DNA of 64,000 nucleotides from the human T2T-CHM13v2.0 reference genome, Homo sapiens. The stretch is taken from assembly GCF_009914755.1 (NCBI RefSeq), contig NC_060925.1; one strand, given 5' to 3'. Below are positions 38,314 through 56,815 of this stretch, in pieces. Position 1 is the first letter of the stretch. Every line of letters starts with the position of its first letter. The notes beneath the pieces are model-generated. The model saw only the letters and a program-made list of their open reading frames with translations, searched no databases and was not told the DNA's origin. The position numbers were made by a program, and so were the translations under genes.

Positions 38314-38348
<35 letters not shown>
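37277..38348. repeat. CA-rich higher-order minisatellite/VNTR in KISS1 intron 1
   Basis: Recurring ~55-80 bp module anchored by acacccatacacacacatcatacacac, ending in pure (CA)n. Confidence 0.95.
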
Positions 38349-38350
<2 letters not shown>

Positions 38351-38970
38351 TTCCACTGCCCAGCCCATCGGGGCACTTAACATATATGGTAGAAATGAAT
38401 TATTTGGAAAGGGGCCATGAGTGGCCGACCTGCTGTAGACAATTTTTGTGGTTCCCTCCACCCTGGGGGGTTTGTATCCAGTGAGTGACAGAAATTCCAG
38501 GCATGGTTGGAAAGCTTCTGGAGTGAAGTGGCCCCTAGTTCTTAGTGGGTAGGTAGATGCCCTTGGTTAGGCTTGTATTTGCCATCTGTAATTTGGGGGG
38601 AGCTGCTCAGAGGAGCCCCATTGCTCTCAAGAGCCCCGAGCGGTTCCCTAGGTCCATCCAAGCGTGTCTGTGGTCTCTAATTCCAGCCACAGCATTTATT
38701 TATTGCATGTATTCCTTCCACAGCAAGAGAGAGCCCTCGGGATCCCCAGAGTGTTAGCTTCACAAATAAAGTGCGACTCAGTGTATTCGCCCAGGCATCC
38801 CAGGATAATCTGGCCAGGCTGGTAAACAGGAAAGATCAGTGTCTCCCTCCCCTGCCTTTGCCTGCCTGGATGCATCTGTCCGTCTTAGAACGGATTCCCT
38901 GCTCCCCTCCAGAGCATCCCCAGGTCAGGGCAGACCCCCTTCCCAGGGGTGGACACTGCAGTGTGCCTAC

Positions 38971-39085
38971 CTTGCCTCAGTCCTGGCCTGGGCAGGAGTC
39001 TGGCGGAGCCTCTGAGGTGACGAGACCACCTGGCTGGGTGAATGTCCAGAGGGTGGGCAGCTGGGCTCCCGGTCTCAAGAGTTCT
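38971..39085 (-). other. KISS1: KISS1 non-coding exon 1
   Basis: Donor GCAAG|gtaggc at 38971; begins ~25-30 nt downstream of the TATA box; matches the recalled KISS1 5' UTR. Confidence 0.85.
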
Positions 39086-39108
39086 CCCCAGCTCCCTGAT
39101 CACATCCC

Positions 39109-39165
39109 TTTTATAAAGCCCGGGGTGACGTCTCCAAGCACAGGCCCACTCTGCCGCCCCTCCCT
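39109..39165 (-). promoter_or_regulatory. KISS1: KISS1 core promoter
   Basis: TATAAAA at 39109-39115; near-consensus CRE TGACGTCT at 39126-39133; GC box at 39154-39159. Confidence 0.85.
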
Positions 39166-40420
39166 CCTCCTCAGACCCTCCTGAAGAGCATGGCACCTTG
39201 GGAGGCCTCTGCCTCCGGGCTCTGTGACTGGAGGCAGCCTCTCCTCCTGCCCCACCCGAGCCCTCCGAGGCGGGACTTTCTCCTTCTTACCGGCTCTTTC
39301 CATCCTCCACACCCTCTTCCCACCCAGAGGACCCATCCTGCCCCCAAACAACGTGGAAATGGGCTATCTGAGGAGGGTGGGGAGAAGTGTCAGTGTGAAA
39401 TGTCTTGTTTCCTCTCCGAAGAGCCACAGACACACCTAGTCTGAATTAGACGTAGAAAACGACAGGAAGAGGGGAGGAGAAGGGCACAGGCTGACCCAGG
39501 GGCTCCTCATATCCCATGCTCCCAGCTCTGAGGGAAAGCCAGGTCAGCGTGGGTCTCCAGGCGGCTCCTAGACTGCGCCCTGTGACTGGCACAGGGTGGT
39601 GGTGGCAGAGATTCTCTCCTTTTTCCTTCCTTCCTGCTTCCCTTCTTTCCTCGGTCACTGAGCGCTTCCTCAGCGCAGGGTTTTGAGGTGAATAGGCTAT
39701 GGACTGGTCAGAGACCTTAGGTAAGCAACCAGCTATGAGCAAGGAGGACGAAATGGGAGCTGCAGAAGGTGGATGCACCTGGGAAGTGCCAGGGGTGCAG
39801 AGAGGGGACTTCCAGGTGGCAGCACATCCAGACAGCCTGCTTGGGGGCCCCACCTTCTTGTCTCGTGGCACCCACCACCATACTATTTTGTGACTGCTCA
39901 GGTACAGCACTTTGAGGACAGGGACAGGCCCCCTTCCCCCTGTACCCTTGGCACCCACTCCATTGCTGGGCACATACAGAGAGGGCCCTCAATAGATATT
40001 TGCTAACTGCATGCATCGCAAGTGACTTTTGTCTCTTTCTTGAGCCTGCAATAACTCTCTATACCCTTGGACAAGGGGCTCTCCAGGGCAGAGACTGTTT
40101 CTTCTATCAGGCTGGGAGTCTCTGAAGGCAGGGGCTATGTCTCTACCCTCAGACAGGACGCTCTCCCAGCACAAGCTCAACCTGGTCGTCCCCTAATGCT
40201 GGAGAAGCATGCCGGCAGTCTGCAGGTTAGCACCCCTCACTTGTCTGATGCTTACTGTTAACAGGGGATTGCAAACATATTATTATCACACCCATTAGGG
40301 CTGTTAAACACCAGGACAGAAATGATAGCCTATGAGGACAGCACTGACCCTCATAGACCAAAACTTCGCTGTGGGGATGATGTGTACGTTGGCCTGTCCT
40401 GAAGCAGGAGGTGGTCTTAA

Positions 40421-40732
<312 letters not shown>

Positions 40733-40776
40733 AAAGACGCCAACTCTGAGCCTTAGACACACGCACAACTTGGGAA

Positions 40777-40782
40777 TTTAAT
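40777..40782 (-). terminator. GOLT1A: Probable GOLT1A polyadenylation signal (ATTAAA)
   Basis: ATTAAA ~270 nt after the stop codon, followed by gttgtgcgtgtgtc. Confidence 0.65.
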
Positions 40783-41052
40783 CTTCACTTTTCCTCCCAT
40801 AAATATAGAGTGAGGGTGTGATACCAGCCCCAGCCCAGTCTCCTTGGGGTCTGCATCTCTGCTTCCTGGCAGCCTCTTGAGTCGACTTGGGGATTTGACG
40901 TCAGTTGCTCAGCTCCATTCCTTCCTTCTGGACTTGGGGAGGTCCGGATATGTCGGGGAGTGAGTCAGTGCAGGGGACTGAGGGGGTGGTTCCCATTCTC
41001 CCTCTAGCCCCCTCAACCAATGATCCAAGTTCAAGGAGCTCATCTCTGTTTT

Positions 41053-41091
41053 TCAGACCATCGAGCTAGTGCCTTGAAGTCTCCGGAACAG
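41053..41091 (-). CDS. GOLT1A: GOLT1A exon 5 coding part
   Basis: LFRRLQGTSSMV*; total CDS 399 nt, 132 aa. Confidence 0.95.
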   Translation of the reverse strand: MFRRLQGTSSMV

Positions 41092-41789
41092 CTGTGGGAG
41101 CCAAGAATCATTACTCCACACAAAGGGTAGAGAGCAGATGCAATATCTAGTTATTACAGAGCTGGCCTTGAGAGCCAGGAGCTGTGCCAGGCGCAGATAC
41201 GAGAGGGGCTGTAGGGGCTGTGTCCAGCTGGCGGTTGTGGTGGGGTGCTGGCTGTAGGGTCTCCCTGGGCTCCTCAGAGAGCTCACATTCTGCCAGGTGC
41301 TTCAGAGAAAGGGATAAGGAGGGGCAGGGGCTGGATACCAGTGGCTGTGCCTATCCCCAGGAGAGGACAAAATCTGCCACCTGCAGGACAGCTTTTCCTG
41401 CTGTCATCAGCTGTCATACATTCTCTCCATGCCTGGGGCCCGCACTTAGCCAGATCCCCAGAAATCTCAGGCATGTCCTGGCTGAGTCACCTAGAGTCTC
41501 TGCGTCTTCATTTCTTTGGCTGTAAACAGGAAGCTATTCATAGCTACCTGCCTCTACAGCCACACTCAGCTACAACTGCGTCTGGATCCCCTCTCCTCAT
41601 GGGCTCTTGTCAAATGGAGAAGGTGCGGGGGGAAGAGGAGCCTAAAGCACCAAACCTGGGCTAGGGGGTCTGAGGGGAGACAGGGGAGAGGCCACTGCCC
41701 CTGGGGCAGCAGTTTTACCAGCTCCCCTCCGTGTGCTCCCCCTCACTCCCCAGGGTACGCCCGCAGGGCTGCAGGCATCATCTGCTTAC

Positions 41790-41853
41790 CGCACCCAGGA
41801 AGGGGATGTTGCAGACATTGCCCAGGAAGCCGAAGGCGACAGGGAAAAAGCCC
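41790..41853 (-). CDS. GOLT1A: GOLT1A exon 4
   Basis: GFFPVAFGFLGNVCNIPFLGA; ctag| and |gtaagc; 64 nt. Confidence 0.95.
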
Positions 41854-42884
41854 CTAGGAGCAGAGGGGAGAAGGGAGGAGTCAGTGATGGCCCAGGAAGA
41901 GAGGATAGAGGGCACGAGGCTGAGGTCCACTGAAAGGTTCAAGCTCTGGCTTCCACACACCAGGGACAGGCTTGATTCTGCACTCCTGTGTTCCGAGAGA
42001 CAGTCGAGTGACATGATTAAGAATGAAGGCCCCAGGGTCACACTCCTTGGGTTCACTTCTTGGCTCTACCACTTACTGGCACCATATACACTTGGGCAAA
42101 TTCCTTAACTTCTCTGAATCTCAATTTCCAGCCATAAAATGTGGCTAACAATAACAGTATCTACATCATAAGGCCACGTACAAAGAAATGCTCAGGAAGT
42201 GCTTATTTTTATTATTGTTACTCTCATGATTATGACTCTTCTGGCCTAAAGCTTTCTTCTCTTCCTGAGATCCACCTGCCCCGGGTGTCCTGGGCCCTGG
42301 GCGTCGGGGGCTGTTGGAAGCCATGCTCACCGTTACACTCCCTGGTGCCCTGGCTCCCCCAGGCACACAGCCACCCCTGCCTTTGGCAACCCTGCTCTCA
42401 TCAAAGATACCCTGCCAAGGCCTGACTGCAGACACATGCGTGACCCCTCACAGGGCTTGGAGGTGCCAAGGCTGGCATGGGAAGGGATCCCGGTGTGTGG
42501 CGGATGGGAAGGGAGATTTGAAATATGGATTCTGGCTGAGCCACTTCCTTACCGTGGGCCTCAATTTTCCAAGGTTTCACTGCACTCTGAGGTCCCTGAT
42601 AGCTGTAATTTGTTTGCCTCCTGTGTTACTGCACAGTGTCTTTGTCAAGGCTGACTTTCAGTTTGAACTATTGAATTTGCTGCTGTCCCACTCCACTTTC
42701 TAAGCCCTCCATAAATGCTAACTGTTGTCAGAATTTATTTATGGGTCTTCCCTACTAAATTGTAAATTCCTTAGGAACTTTCTCCTCATTCAGTGCCACA
42801 TCCTCACACCTGGCCCTGTATTTGGCATGCAGTAGGTGCTTATTATATATTTGACAATTTGAATAAGCGACTGTTTGAAAATGA

Positions 42885-43248
<364 letters not shown>

Positions 43249-44253
43249 ATAAAATGACATATTTGAATATGGAATAAATAGATGGCAGGTATGCATGAGA
43301 AACTTTAAAGCCACACTTCCCAAAGTCTCTGAGGCCTAGGCCATTCAGGCTAATCAGGGGGTTTCAGGGCTGCCTTCAGCAAACGGGGGCTCCTGTGAGA
43401 ACCTGGGGATTCCTGAGCCCCACACCTTTCCATGATTGCAGAAGCCATCATTCTTCCAGGGTCCATTGTCCCAATCCCACCCCTATTCTCTCCACACCAC
43501 CGTGTAGACATATGAAGTCTTCCTTCCCACCCCCACTTTCTCTGAGACTCCTTCCTTCCTTTTCCTTCAGTGCCCTCCAGTCTTCTCTTAGACCCTACCC
43601 ATCCCTCAAGGCTTCTCTCAAGTCCTGCTTCCTCTATGACACTACCCTGGGCTCCCCTCTAAGTGCCTACAGGCCTGACAGTGGCCACACATCATGGCTG
43701 AGTTCCACCCTGCCTTTTCCCAGGCCCAGGGCTGACACAGGCCTGGCCAGGGGATGACACAGGGGTCAGGAGCCAGAGCTCCCTGGGTTAAGGGCGACCT
43801 TTTTCACATACTAGTTTGAGACTTTGGGCCGGGGGCAACTTCTCTGAGTGTTGGTTTCCTTATCTATGAAGTAGAGGATAATCCTATAGTGGGTTGTTGT
43901 GATAAAATAAGATGATGATCATGAGTGTGCCTGGAACATGTTAGCTCACTGCCCTTCCTCTCCGGCTGGATCACTGAGATTTGAGGGCAGGCCTCGTGTC
44001 TCTTCCCTGCTCACAGGCACAGTGCTGGGGGCACAGTGCTGGGAACACAGTCGGCACTCTATCAGTATTTGTTGATGGATGGGCTAATCCCTCCAAAGTA
44101 CCCTTCAGCCTACTTTAGGGGGCCTTTCCAAGGTGTCCATGGTTCTCATCTCTTGCAGGATAAAGTCCCAGCTTCTGCACTCCCTGCTGGGGTGATCTCA
44201 GCCACTCAGACACTTTGGTGGGTCTGTCCAGGGTTATAGGGATTTGCACTCAC

Positions 44254-44432
44254 TTAAAGAGGCTGAAGAATCCGTAGGTTTCCAGGAACATGCCGAGGAG
44301 GGGCCAGCGTAGGAGCACGATAACCACACCCCCCAGGAGGAAGCTGGTTCCCTTGAGTTTGTGCCGTTGGAAGAAGAACCAAAAGGTCTTCCTCAGGCCA
44401 ATGATGAGGGACAGGCCCGTCAGGAACAGCAG
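44254..44432 (-). CDS. GOLT1A: GOLT1A exon 3
   Basis: LLFLTGLSLIIGLRKTFWFFFQRHKLKGTSFLLGGVVIVLLRWPLLGMFLETYGFFSLFK; Got1 family; 179 nt. Confidence 0.96.
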
Positions 44433-45516
44433 CTGTAGGGGAGGGAGGGGAGCATGAAGCAAACCCACCAGCCCCCTGAGGAGTGAGGGACTTAGGCCTG
44501 GAGCCAGGCGGTGGGCTGGGACAGGATGTGCTAACTGTTCAAGACCATCTGAGCGAGGGCCATCCAGCAGTGTGGCAGAATCCCAGAGCCTTGATAAGTC
44601 TTGCTGGCTGGGAACAGGACTGCGCAGAGGCAGGGGGATGGATGAGAAACCTTTGACGGTTTCTAGTTGCCTACCCAATTCCCTGGAGCCCAAGCATTTT
44701 TCATATGGGACTTGGTTTCTCACCATACCATCTGGGGAAGATGGAATCGGGAGGGATTTTTATTCCAAAGAAGTGAAGATTGAGGCCTAAGTAGGTTAGG
44801 CAGCCATACTGAAAGTCACACAGAACCTTCAGAGGCTCCACTGCCTACAGAATAACCCTCCAGTCCCTCCCCTGGATGCCCTATCACCGTCTTCAGCTTG
44901 GCTCCTAATGAATCCCTTAAGAGTGCCCAGGCTCTCATCAAATTGAACTCTCTGGTTTTCTTCCAGCATATCCCATGCTTCCCTGCTCCTTCCCCACACC
45001 TTTTCTCCTGCTGTTCCAATCCCCCTGGAAGTGCTTTATTCACCTCCACACCCATTTCCTTTCCAAATTCCTCTCCACCATTCTCCAATTCAGTGTGCCC
45101 TCTTTCCACTAAGCCCCTTGTTTCATACTAAATGTGTTTACCATGGCCCCTGCCTTCCTCCCAGCCATGTATGTCATGTTATATCTCTAGCCCTAGAGTG
45201 GGATTCAGATGGCAGGGACAGTGTCTGAGTCCTCTTAGAACCCCCAGGGTCTCGCCCAGAGCTCGGTGTGAGAATCCAGGTCCTCAGATTCTTGGTGCCA
45301 GCGGGCTCTGCGTCCATTTCCTGTGCCCTCCTCTGCCCAGGCTTGATGATGTCTGACCCCTGGATAGGCATGGTCTGAATAAACTTGGGATTTACTTAAG
45401 GGATTTATTTAAAGACTTAAATAAACTGTAAGTCTTTATTGCCAGGACTATCCTGGCAATAGAGACTTCAGAAAGGTTGGGGCAGGGGAGTGGGGACACA
45501 GGGCTGGGAGACTCAC

Positions 45517-45608
45517 GTTTCCAAAGGCCAGGAGCACGGAATCAAAGTACAGGAGTGTTCCAAAGAGGATGAAGAAGATGCCGAAACCGGTGATCCCCAC
45601 ACCAATCT
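45517..45608 (-). CDS. GOLT1A: GOLT1A exon 2
   Basis: KIGVGITGFGIFFILFGTLLYFDSVLLAFGN; gcag| and |gtgagt; 92 nt. Confidence 0.95.
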
Positions 45609-46395
45609 CTGCAATGGGCAAGGAGGTGGTGGAGGAAAGGGCTTTGGGGAGCAGGTGGGGACCCTGAAACTTCCCCCATTGCCACAGGACAGGTGCCCTC
45701 TATGGGGGTGACTCCACTTCCATCCAGGAATCTCAGCTTTCATGCTCTCAGGGGATGGTGGGATGGGAAGGGGAAGGTAGGATGGCATGAAGCTTTGTCT
45801 GGCACCTGGGAACTGTGCTGTCACTTCTGTACACAGTGGCATGCTGTCCTCACTGCAGCCCTGTGTGGAAGCTGGTGCTGCCCTGACCACTTTATACTCT
45901 CAGCCTCCTCTTGTCCTCAAAAGCCACATTATCCACATCAGTATCAAGGCTGAACATAGCATCTGCTGCCTCTGCTCCTGCCTTGTGCAACTGAGAACCA
46001 CTGGAGCCCAGCCCACACTGCGCAGAAGGGAGCCACTGAAAACTCAGGACCACCAGCTCCAAAGAGCCTCAGAACCACCCAGCTCTCCTGGTCCTTACTC
46101 AAGAGGCTGGCCCGCCTGAGCAACTCTCCACACTGCCTCCTTCCTCCTCAGAATTGCCCTGTCTCCACTCTCAGGTGGTGACATTTCCCACTGGATTGGG
46201 AAAACAGAAGTCATCAGTTAGGAATGCATTCCTCTTCTCAGCTGGGACCTATATCCAAGACCCAAGCCTGCACCTGCTCCCATTGTCCTCCCTCCCTCCT
46301 GCAGCAGGCACCTTGCGGGCCCCCCACACACTCTTCGGCCAACTCTCATTTCAGCCCAGTGGCTTTGGGCAGTTCTGCCGAGGTTGGACCCACAC

Positions 46396-46478
46396 TGACA
46401 ATGAGCCCCCATTCCCAAGGTTTGACAGTGAGCCCCCATTCCCAAGGTTTGACAGTAAGCCCCCATTCCCAAGGTTTG
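46396..46478. repeat. 27-bp tandem repeat, 3 copies
   Basis: tgaca(a/g)t(g/a)agcccccattcccaaggtt x3. Confidence 0.95.
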
Positions 46479-46774
46479 TAAGTGTCTCAGGGCATTCTTT
46501 GAAGCTGCAGGAGTTCACTCAGAGCCAGCAAGCGTAGCCTAGAAGTGCAGGACATGAAGGCCCCCTCGTTTGGTCAAGGGCTACATTTTTGACATTTTGA
46601 TAAACATATTTCAGATCGCTCCCCTCAAGACGATTTGTACAATAACCGGATATATAGTTCCTTTTTTCCTTAACCCTCTCCAGCACTCAGAATTGTTCAT
46701 TTTACTTATCTTTGCCACTATGATAGTCAATAAATAAAAATTCATTCTGTTGCTTTGTTTTTAAATTGTTACCT

Positions 46775-48085
46775 TTTTAAGTTTTAAATTGTGGCAACGT
46801 GCACATAAAATGAGACTTACCATCTAACCATTTAAAAATGTACAGTTCAGTGGTATTAAGCGCATCTCCTGAATTCTTCATCTTGCAAAGCTGAAACTCT
46901 ACACCCATTAAACAGTAGCTCCCCATTCCCCTCCCACCAGCCTCCAACAACCACCATTTTACTTTCTCTATGAATTTTTGACTACTCTGGGAACCTCCTA
47001 TAAGTGGAATCATACAATATTTGTCTTTTTGTGACTGTCTTATTTCACTTATCATAACGTTCTCAAGGTTCCTTCATGTTGTAGCATGTGTCTGAATTTT
47101 CTTCCTTTTTAAAACAGAATAATAGTCCATTGCTATCTGTACCCTGCATTTTGTTGATCCATTCATCTGTTGATGGACATCTGGGTGGCTTCCATCCATC
47201 TCTTACCTATTGTAAATAGTGTTACCATAAATATGAGCATAAGAAAATATCTCTTCAAGACACTGCTTCCGATCCTTTCAGGTATATACCCCACAAAGTG
47301 GAATTAACGGAATTATACTGGATCACATGGTAATTCTATTTTTAATTCTTTGAGGAATTGCCATTTTGTTTTCCATTGTGACTGCACCATTTAACATTCC
47401 CAGCAACAGTACACAAGAGTTCTAATTTCTCCACATCTTGCCAATACTTTATCTGTTTTGTTTTGTTTTGATAGCAGCCATGCTAATGGGTATAAGGTAG
47501 TATACATTGTGGTTTTGACTTACATTTCCCTAATGATTAATGATTAATGATCTTTTCATGTGCTTGTTAGCTATGTGTATATCTTCTTTGGAGAATTGTC
47601 TAGTTAAGTCCTTTGCCTATTTTTTAAACAGGTTGTTCTTTTTGTTGTTGAGTTGTAGGAGTTCTTTATATATTTTGGATATTAACTATGTAGCGTATGA
47701 TTTGCAAATATTTCCTCCCACTCTGTAGGTTACCTTTCAGTCTGTTGACTGTGTCCTTTGATGCGGTGAAGTTTTAAATTTTGATGTAGTCTGATTGATG
47801 TCTTTTTTTTCTTTTGTTGTCTGTGCTTTTCATGTCATAACCTAGAAATCATTATCAAATCCAGTGCTGTAATGCTTTCCCCTATTTTTTATTCTAAGAG
47901 TTTTATAGTTTTAGCTCTTATTTTTAGGGCTTTGATCTGCTTTGAGTTACTTTTTGCAGATAGTATAAGGTAAGGATCCACCTGCATCTTTTGCATGTGG
48001 ATATCCAGTTTTCCCAGCACTATCTGTTGGAAAGACTGTTCTTTCCCCATTTCATGGTCTTGATGCCCTCGTCAAAAATTTTACT
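46775..48085 (-). mobile_element. L1MB-like 3' fragment
   Basis: Antisense L1 3' UTR and ORF2 end (aagtggaatcatacaatatttgtc...gcatgtggatatccagttttcccagcac). Confidence 0.8.
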
Positions 48086-48129
48086 GGACTTGTTAGAATC
48101 AGTTCTCATAACCTCTATGAAATTGGTAT

Positions 48130-49920
<1,791 letters not shown>

Positions 49921-50461
49921 AGCCGAAAAAAGCTGGGAGGCCAAGGTAACTTCAGGGAGGCCCGGCTCTCCAGGCGCCACCTAGAAGTGGAGACCTCCCC
50001 AGACCTCAGAGACCAGCTTTAGATCTCCCTGGCAAGGTACACTGATGGCTGCACTGGTGCCCTTGTTTAGCTCCTTGCTCTGCAACTCCCGAGTTGCTGC
50101 CAAGAAGAGCCCATGGCCACCCGATACGGACAAGCCAGGCTTCCCTGACTCCCCATTTTGTGGCTCACTTTAAGAAAAGCCAGGTTCAATGTCTTTCTTG
50201 CTCCAGAAATCAGCTACAGCTCCAAGAAAACAATATCTCATGGAGCAGGCAGATGAGTCCTTCTGGCCTCAGGCACGCAGTGAGTCTCAGAACATCATCG
50301 TCTTTTTTCCCCCTTTTCCTTTTCTTAAAGCAATCACACATGTACAGGAAACTTGCAAGTACAGTACAAAGAATATTTTTCTTGAACCATTTGAAAGTAG
50401 TTGCCACCTCATACCTCATCACCCCTGAATGCTCTGGTGTGGTTTTAAAAACTCCTGGACA

Positions 50462-51022
50462 CTAAGGACATGAATAGACAATTCTCAAAAGAAGATATAC
50501 AAACAGCCAACAAACATGAAAAAATGCCCAACATCACTAATGATCAGGGAAGTGCAAATCAAAACCACAATGTGATACCACCTTACTCCTGCAAGAATGG
50601 CCATAATCAAAAAACAAACAAACAAAAATAAATGTTGGCGTGGATGTGGTGAACAGGGAACACTTCTACACTGCTGGTGGGAATGTAAACTAGAATAGCC
50701 ACTATGGAAAACAGTGTGGAGATTCCTTAAAGAACTAAAAGTAGAACTACCATTTCATCCAGCAATCCCACTACTGGGTATCTCCCCGGAGGAAAATAAA
50801 TCATTATACGGAAAAGATACTTGCACATGCCTGTTTCTAGCAGCACAGTTTGGAATTGCAAAAATATGAAACCAGCCCAAATGCCCATTAGTCAATGAGT
50901 GTATAAATAAATTGTGATGTGTATATATATACACACACATATACATATATATGTATACATATATACACACATGTATGTATATATGTGTGTATCTATACAC
51001 ATATGTGTGTATATATGTATAC

Positions 51023-51093
<71 letters not shown>

Positions 51094-51455
51094 GAACTAC
51101 TACTCAGTCACAAAAAGGAATGAAATAATGGCATTCGCAGCAACCTGGATGGAATTGGAGATCATTATTCTAAGTGAAGTGACTCCGGAATGGAAAAGCA
51201 AACATCATATGTTTTCACTCACAAGTGGGAGCTAAGCAATGAGGATGCAAAGGCATAAGAATGATACAATAGACTTTGGGGACTCATGGGAAAGGGTAGG
51301 AGGGGCTGAAGGATACAAGACTACACATTGGGTACAATGTACACTGCTCGGGTGATGGGTGCACCAAAATCTCAGAAATCACACTAAAGAACTTATTCAT
51401 GTAACCAACCACCTGTTCCCCAAAAACCTATTGAAATAAACAAGCAAACAAAAAA
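50462..51455 (+). mobile_element. 5'-truncated L1PB-like element with internal (TG)n/(TA)n, inserted in an older L1MC-like fragment (~50310-51890, minus)
   Basis: L1 ORF2 end (caacctggatggaattggagatcattattctaagtgaag) and 3' UTR with A-rich tail; TSD-like aaaa..ctcct. Confidence 0.8.
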
Positions 51456-52284
51456 TTCTCCTAAACAGCCAACATACAGCCATCAAAATTGGGACACTAA
51501 CATTGATATGTGACTATCCTCCAACCCTCAGACTCCATTTAAGTTTCATCAGTTACTCCAGTAGCATCATTTATAGCAAAATAATCCAGTTCATCATTCT
51601 GTGTGGTATTTAATGATCATGTCTCTTTAAACTCTTCTGTCTGGAACAGCTCCTTGGTCTTTCCTTGGCATGACCTTGACACTTTTGAAGATTCAGGCCA
51701 CTTATTCTGTAGCCATCCCTCCATTTGGGTTTGTCGGATGTTTCCTCACGACTAGCTTCAGGTTATGCATCTTAGGCAGAAATAGCACAAGATGTGATGC
51801 TGTATTTTTCTCACTGCATCCTGGTAGGTGGTGCAAGATGTCAATTTGCCCCATAGCTGATAATGTTTCTTTATTCTTAAGGCAGTATCTGCCAGGCCCC
51901 TCACCACCCCATCCCTGACCCTGCAGGGGATGCTTTGCCTATGATACTTTGTACCAGGCCACCCCTAGTGTGAACACCCTTCTCACCCTGCTGGGGTTCT
52001 AACACCCCACTCTGGGCACCGCCTTCTCTGTGTTAAACCTAATGGCTTTAAGACTGAATTGTTCAGGAAGAGGAAGGAGGGAAATAAGGAGAGAAAGAGC
52101 CTCATTCACTTTTTAAAATTAGCAATAGTGATTGATAGTGTAATGAACATACTGGGCCAGGCACAGTCTAAGCACATATATGCTTTAAGTATATTAACAC
52201 ATTTAATTTTCATAACTACCTGTGACATAGGTACTACTATTAGCACCATTTCACAAACAAAACTGAAACACAGAGGTTAAGTCA

Positions 52285-55875
<3,591 letters not shown>

Positions 55876-56465
55876 AGAATGTTGTCACCAATTCTCAGAT
55901 GAAAAACCAAGGCTCAGAGGCTTTAAGTAACTCACCCAAATGAAGCCCACAGAGCCACGGTTCTTCCCATGGCCCCAGACTTGTTCCAAGACCTCCTCCC
56001 TACCTCTTCCCCCAAAAGAAGGGGAAGGATGTTTAGGAGTGAGGGTATGGTGGTTTGGTCAGGGGAGTGGAGTTTAGTTTTTTATAAGAAGCCCCCAGGG
56101 CCACAGGAGACCTTGATGGTGTGGGGAAAGATGTCTGAATGGGCAGAGGCCTCCTGAGTCCACCTTTGTGGCAACCCAGTTCTAAGAACCCGGGATGGGA
56201 AAGGGGTCAGTGTGAATGGGGAACCTGCCAGGCCCCCTGGGCACCAGCCTCTAGCTACCTGTGGGCCCTGAGCAACTCCCACCCGCTGGAGGGTAGGGAG
56301 CCACACCCCACCCTGCCTGCTGCCCCAGGGTGCCAGCACAGCATCTCCCAGCCCCTGGCTCCAGAGGTCACGCTTGTAGTGACAGAGAGCCCAGCTGGGA
56401 GAGAGAGCCAGCCGGCAGGGAGCCTGGCCTGGATAGCCCATTGCAGCCCCGCTCATCCCACTTAC

Positions 56466-56490
56466 TCTGCCATTCGGTGATGGAGATCAT
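56466..56490 (-). CDS. GOLT1A: GOLT1A exon 1 coding part
   Basis: ATG ATC TCC ATC ACC GAA TGG CAG A|gtaagt = MISITEWQ(K). Confidence 0.93.
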
Positions 56491-56815
56491 GCCGCACTCA
56501 GCCTGGGGGGCTTTCCGGGTGGAAGCGGGCAAGTGGAGCGTGGCCCAGAGGACGCAGCTGGTACATGGTCACGGGAAGCTGACCCTTGGTTAAGTTGCGA
56601 AATGAGCCTGTGGCAAATCATTAACTCTCCCTCCAGCCCCCGCTCCACCCCCGCACACCACGCAGGTGCTTCTACTCGCCAGCTCCCTCCTCCCGTTTTC
56701 CGGTAGGGCAATGCCCCGCCCCTCCACCTGCCGCGCCTGCCCGGGGAAGGCACCGCCCACCTGACCCTTTCCTCGCACCTCGCGGTGTTCTGCGGCTCTC
56801 GTCTGCTCCGCGAAA
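56491..56815 (-). promoter_or_regulatory. GOLT1A: GOLT1A 5' UTR and CpG-rich promoter
   Basis: Local CpG enrichment and GC boxes; C/EBP-like TTGCGAAAT (+) at 56595-56603; HNF1-like GTTAATGATTTGC at 56613-56625. Confidence 0.75.

Noticed and set aside
37277-38348. Regular repeat modules superficially like a CRISPR array
   Set aside because: No unique spacers, no cas genes, human intron; it is a minisatellite
37090-38484. 464-, 440- and 350-aa His/Thr-rich ORFs and their Cys/Val-rich antisense ORFs
   Set aside because: Artefacts of the stop-free CA/TG repeat inside KISS1 intron 1; no coding features
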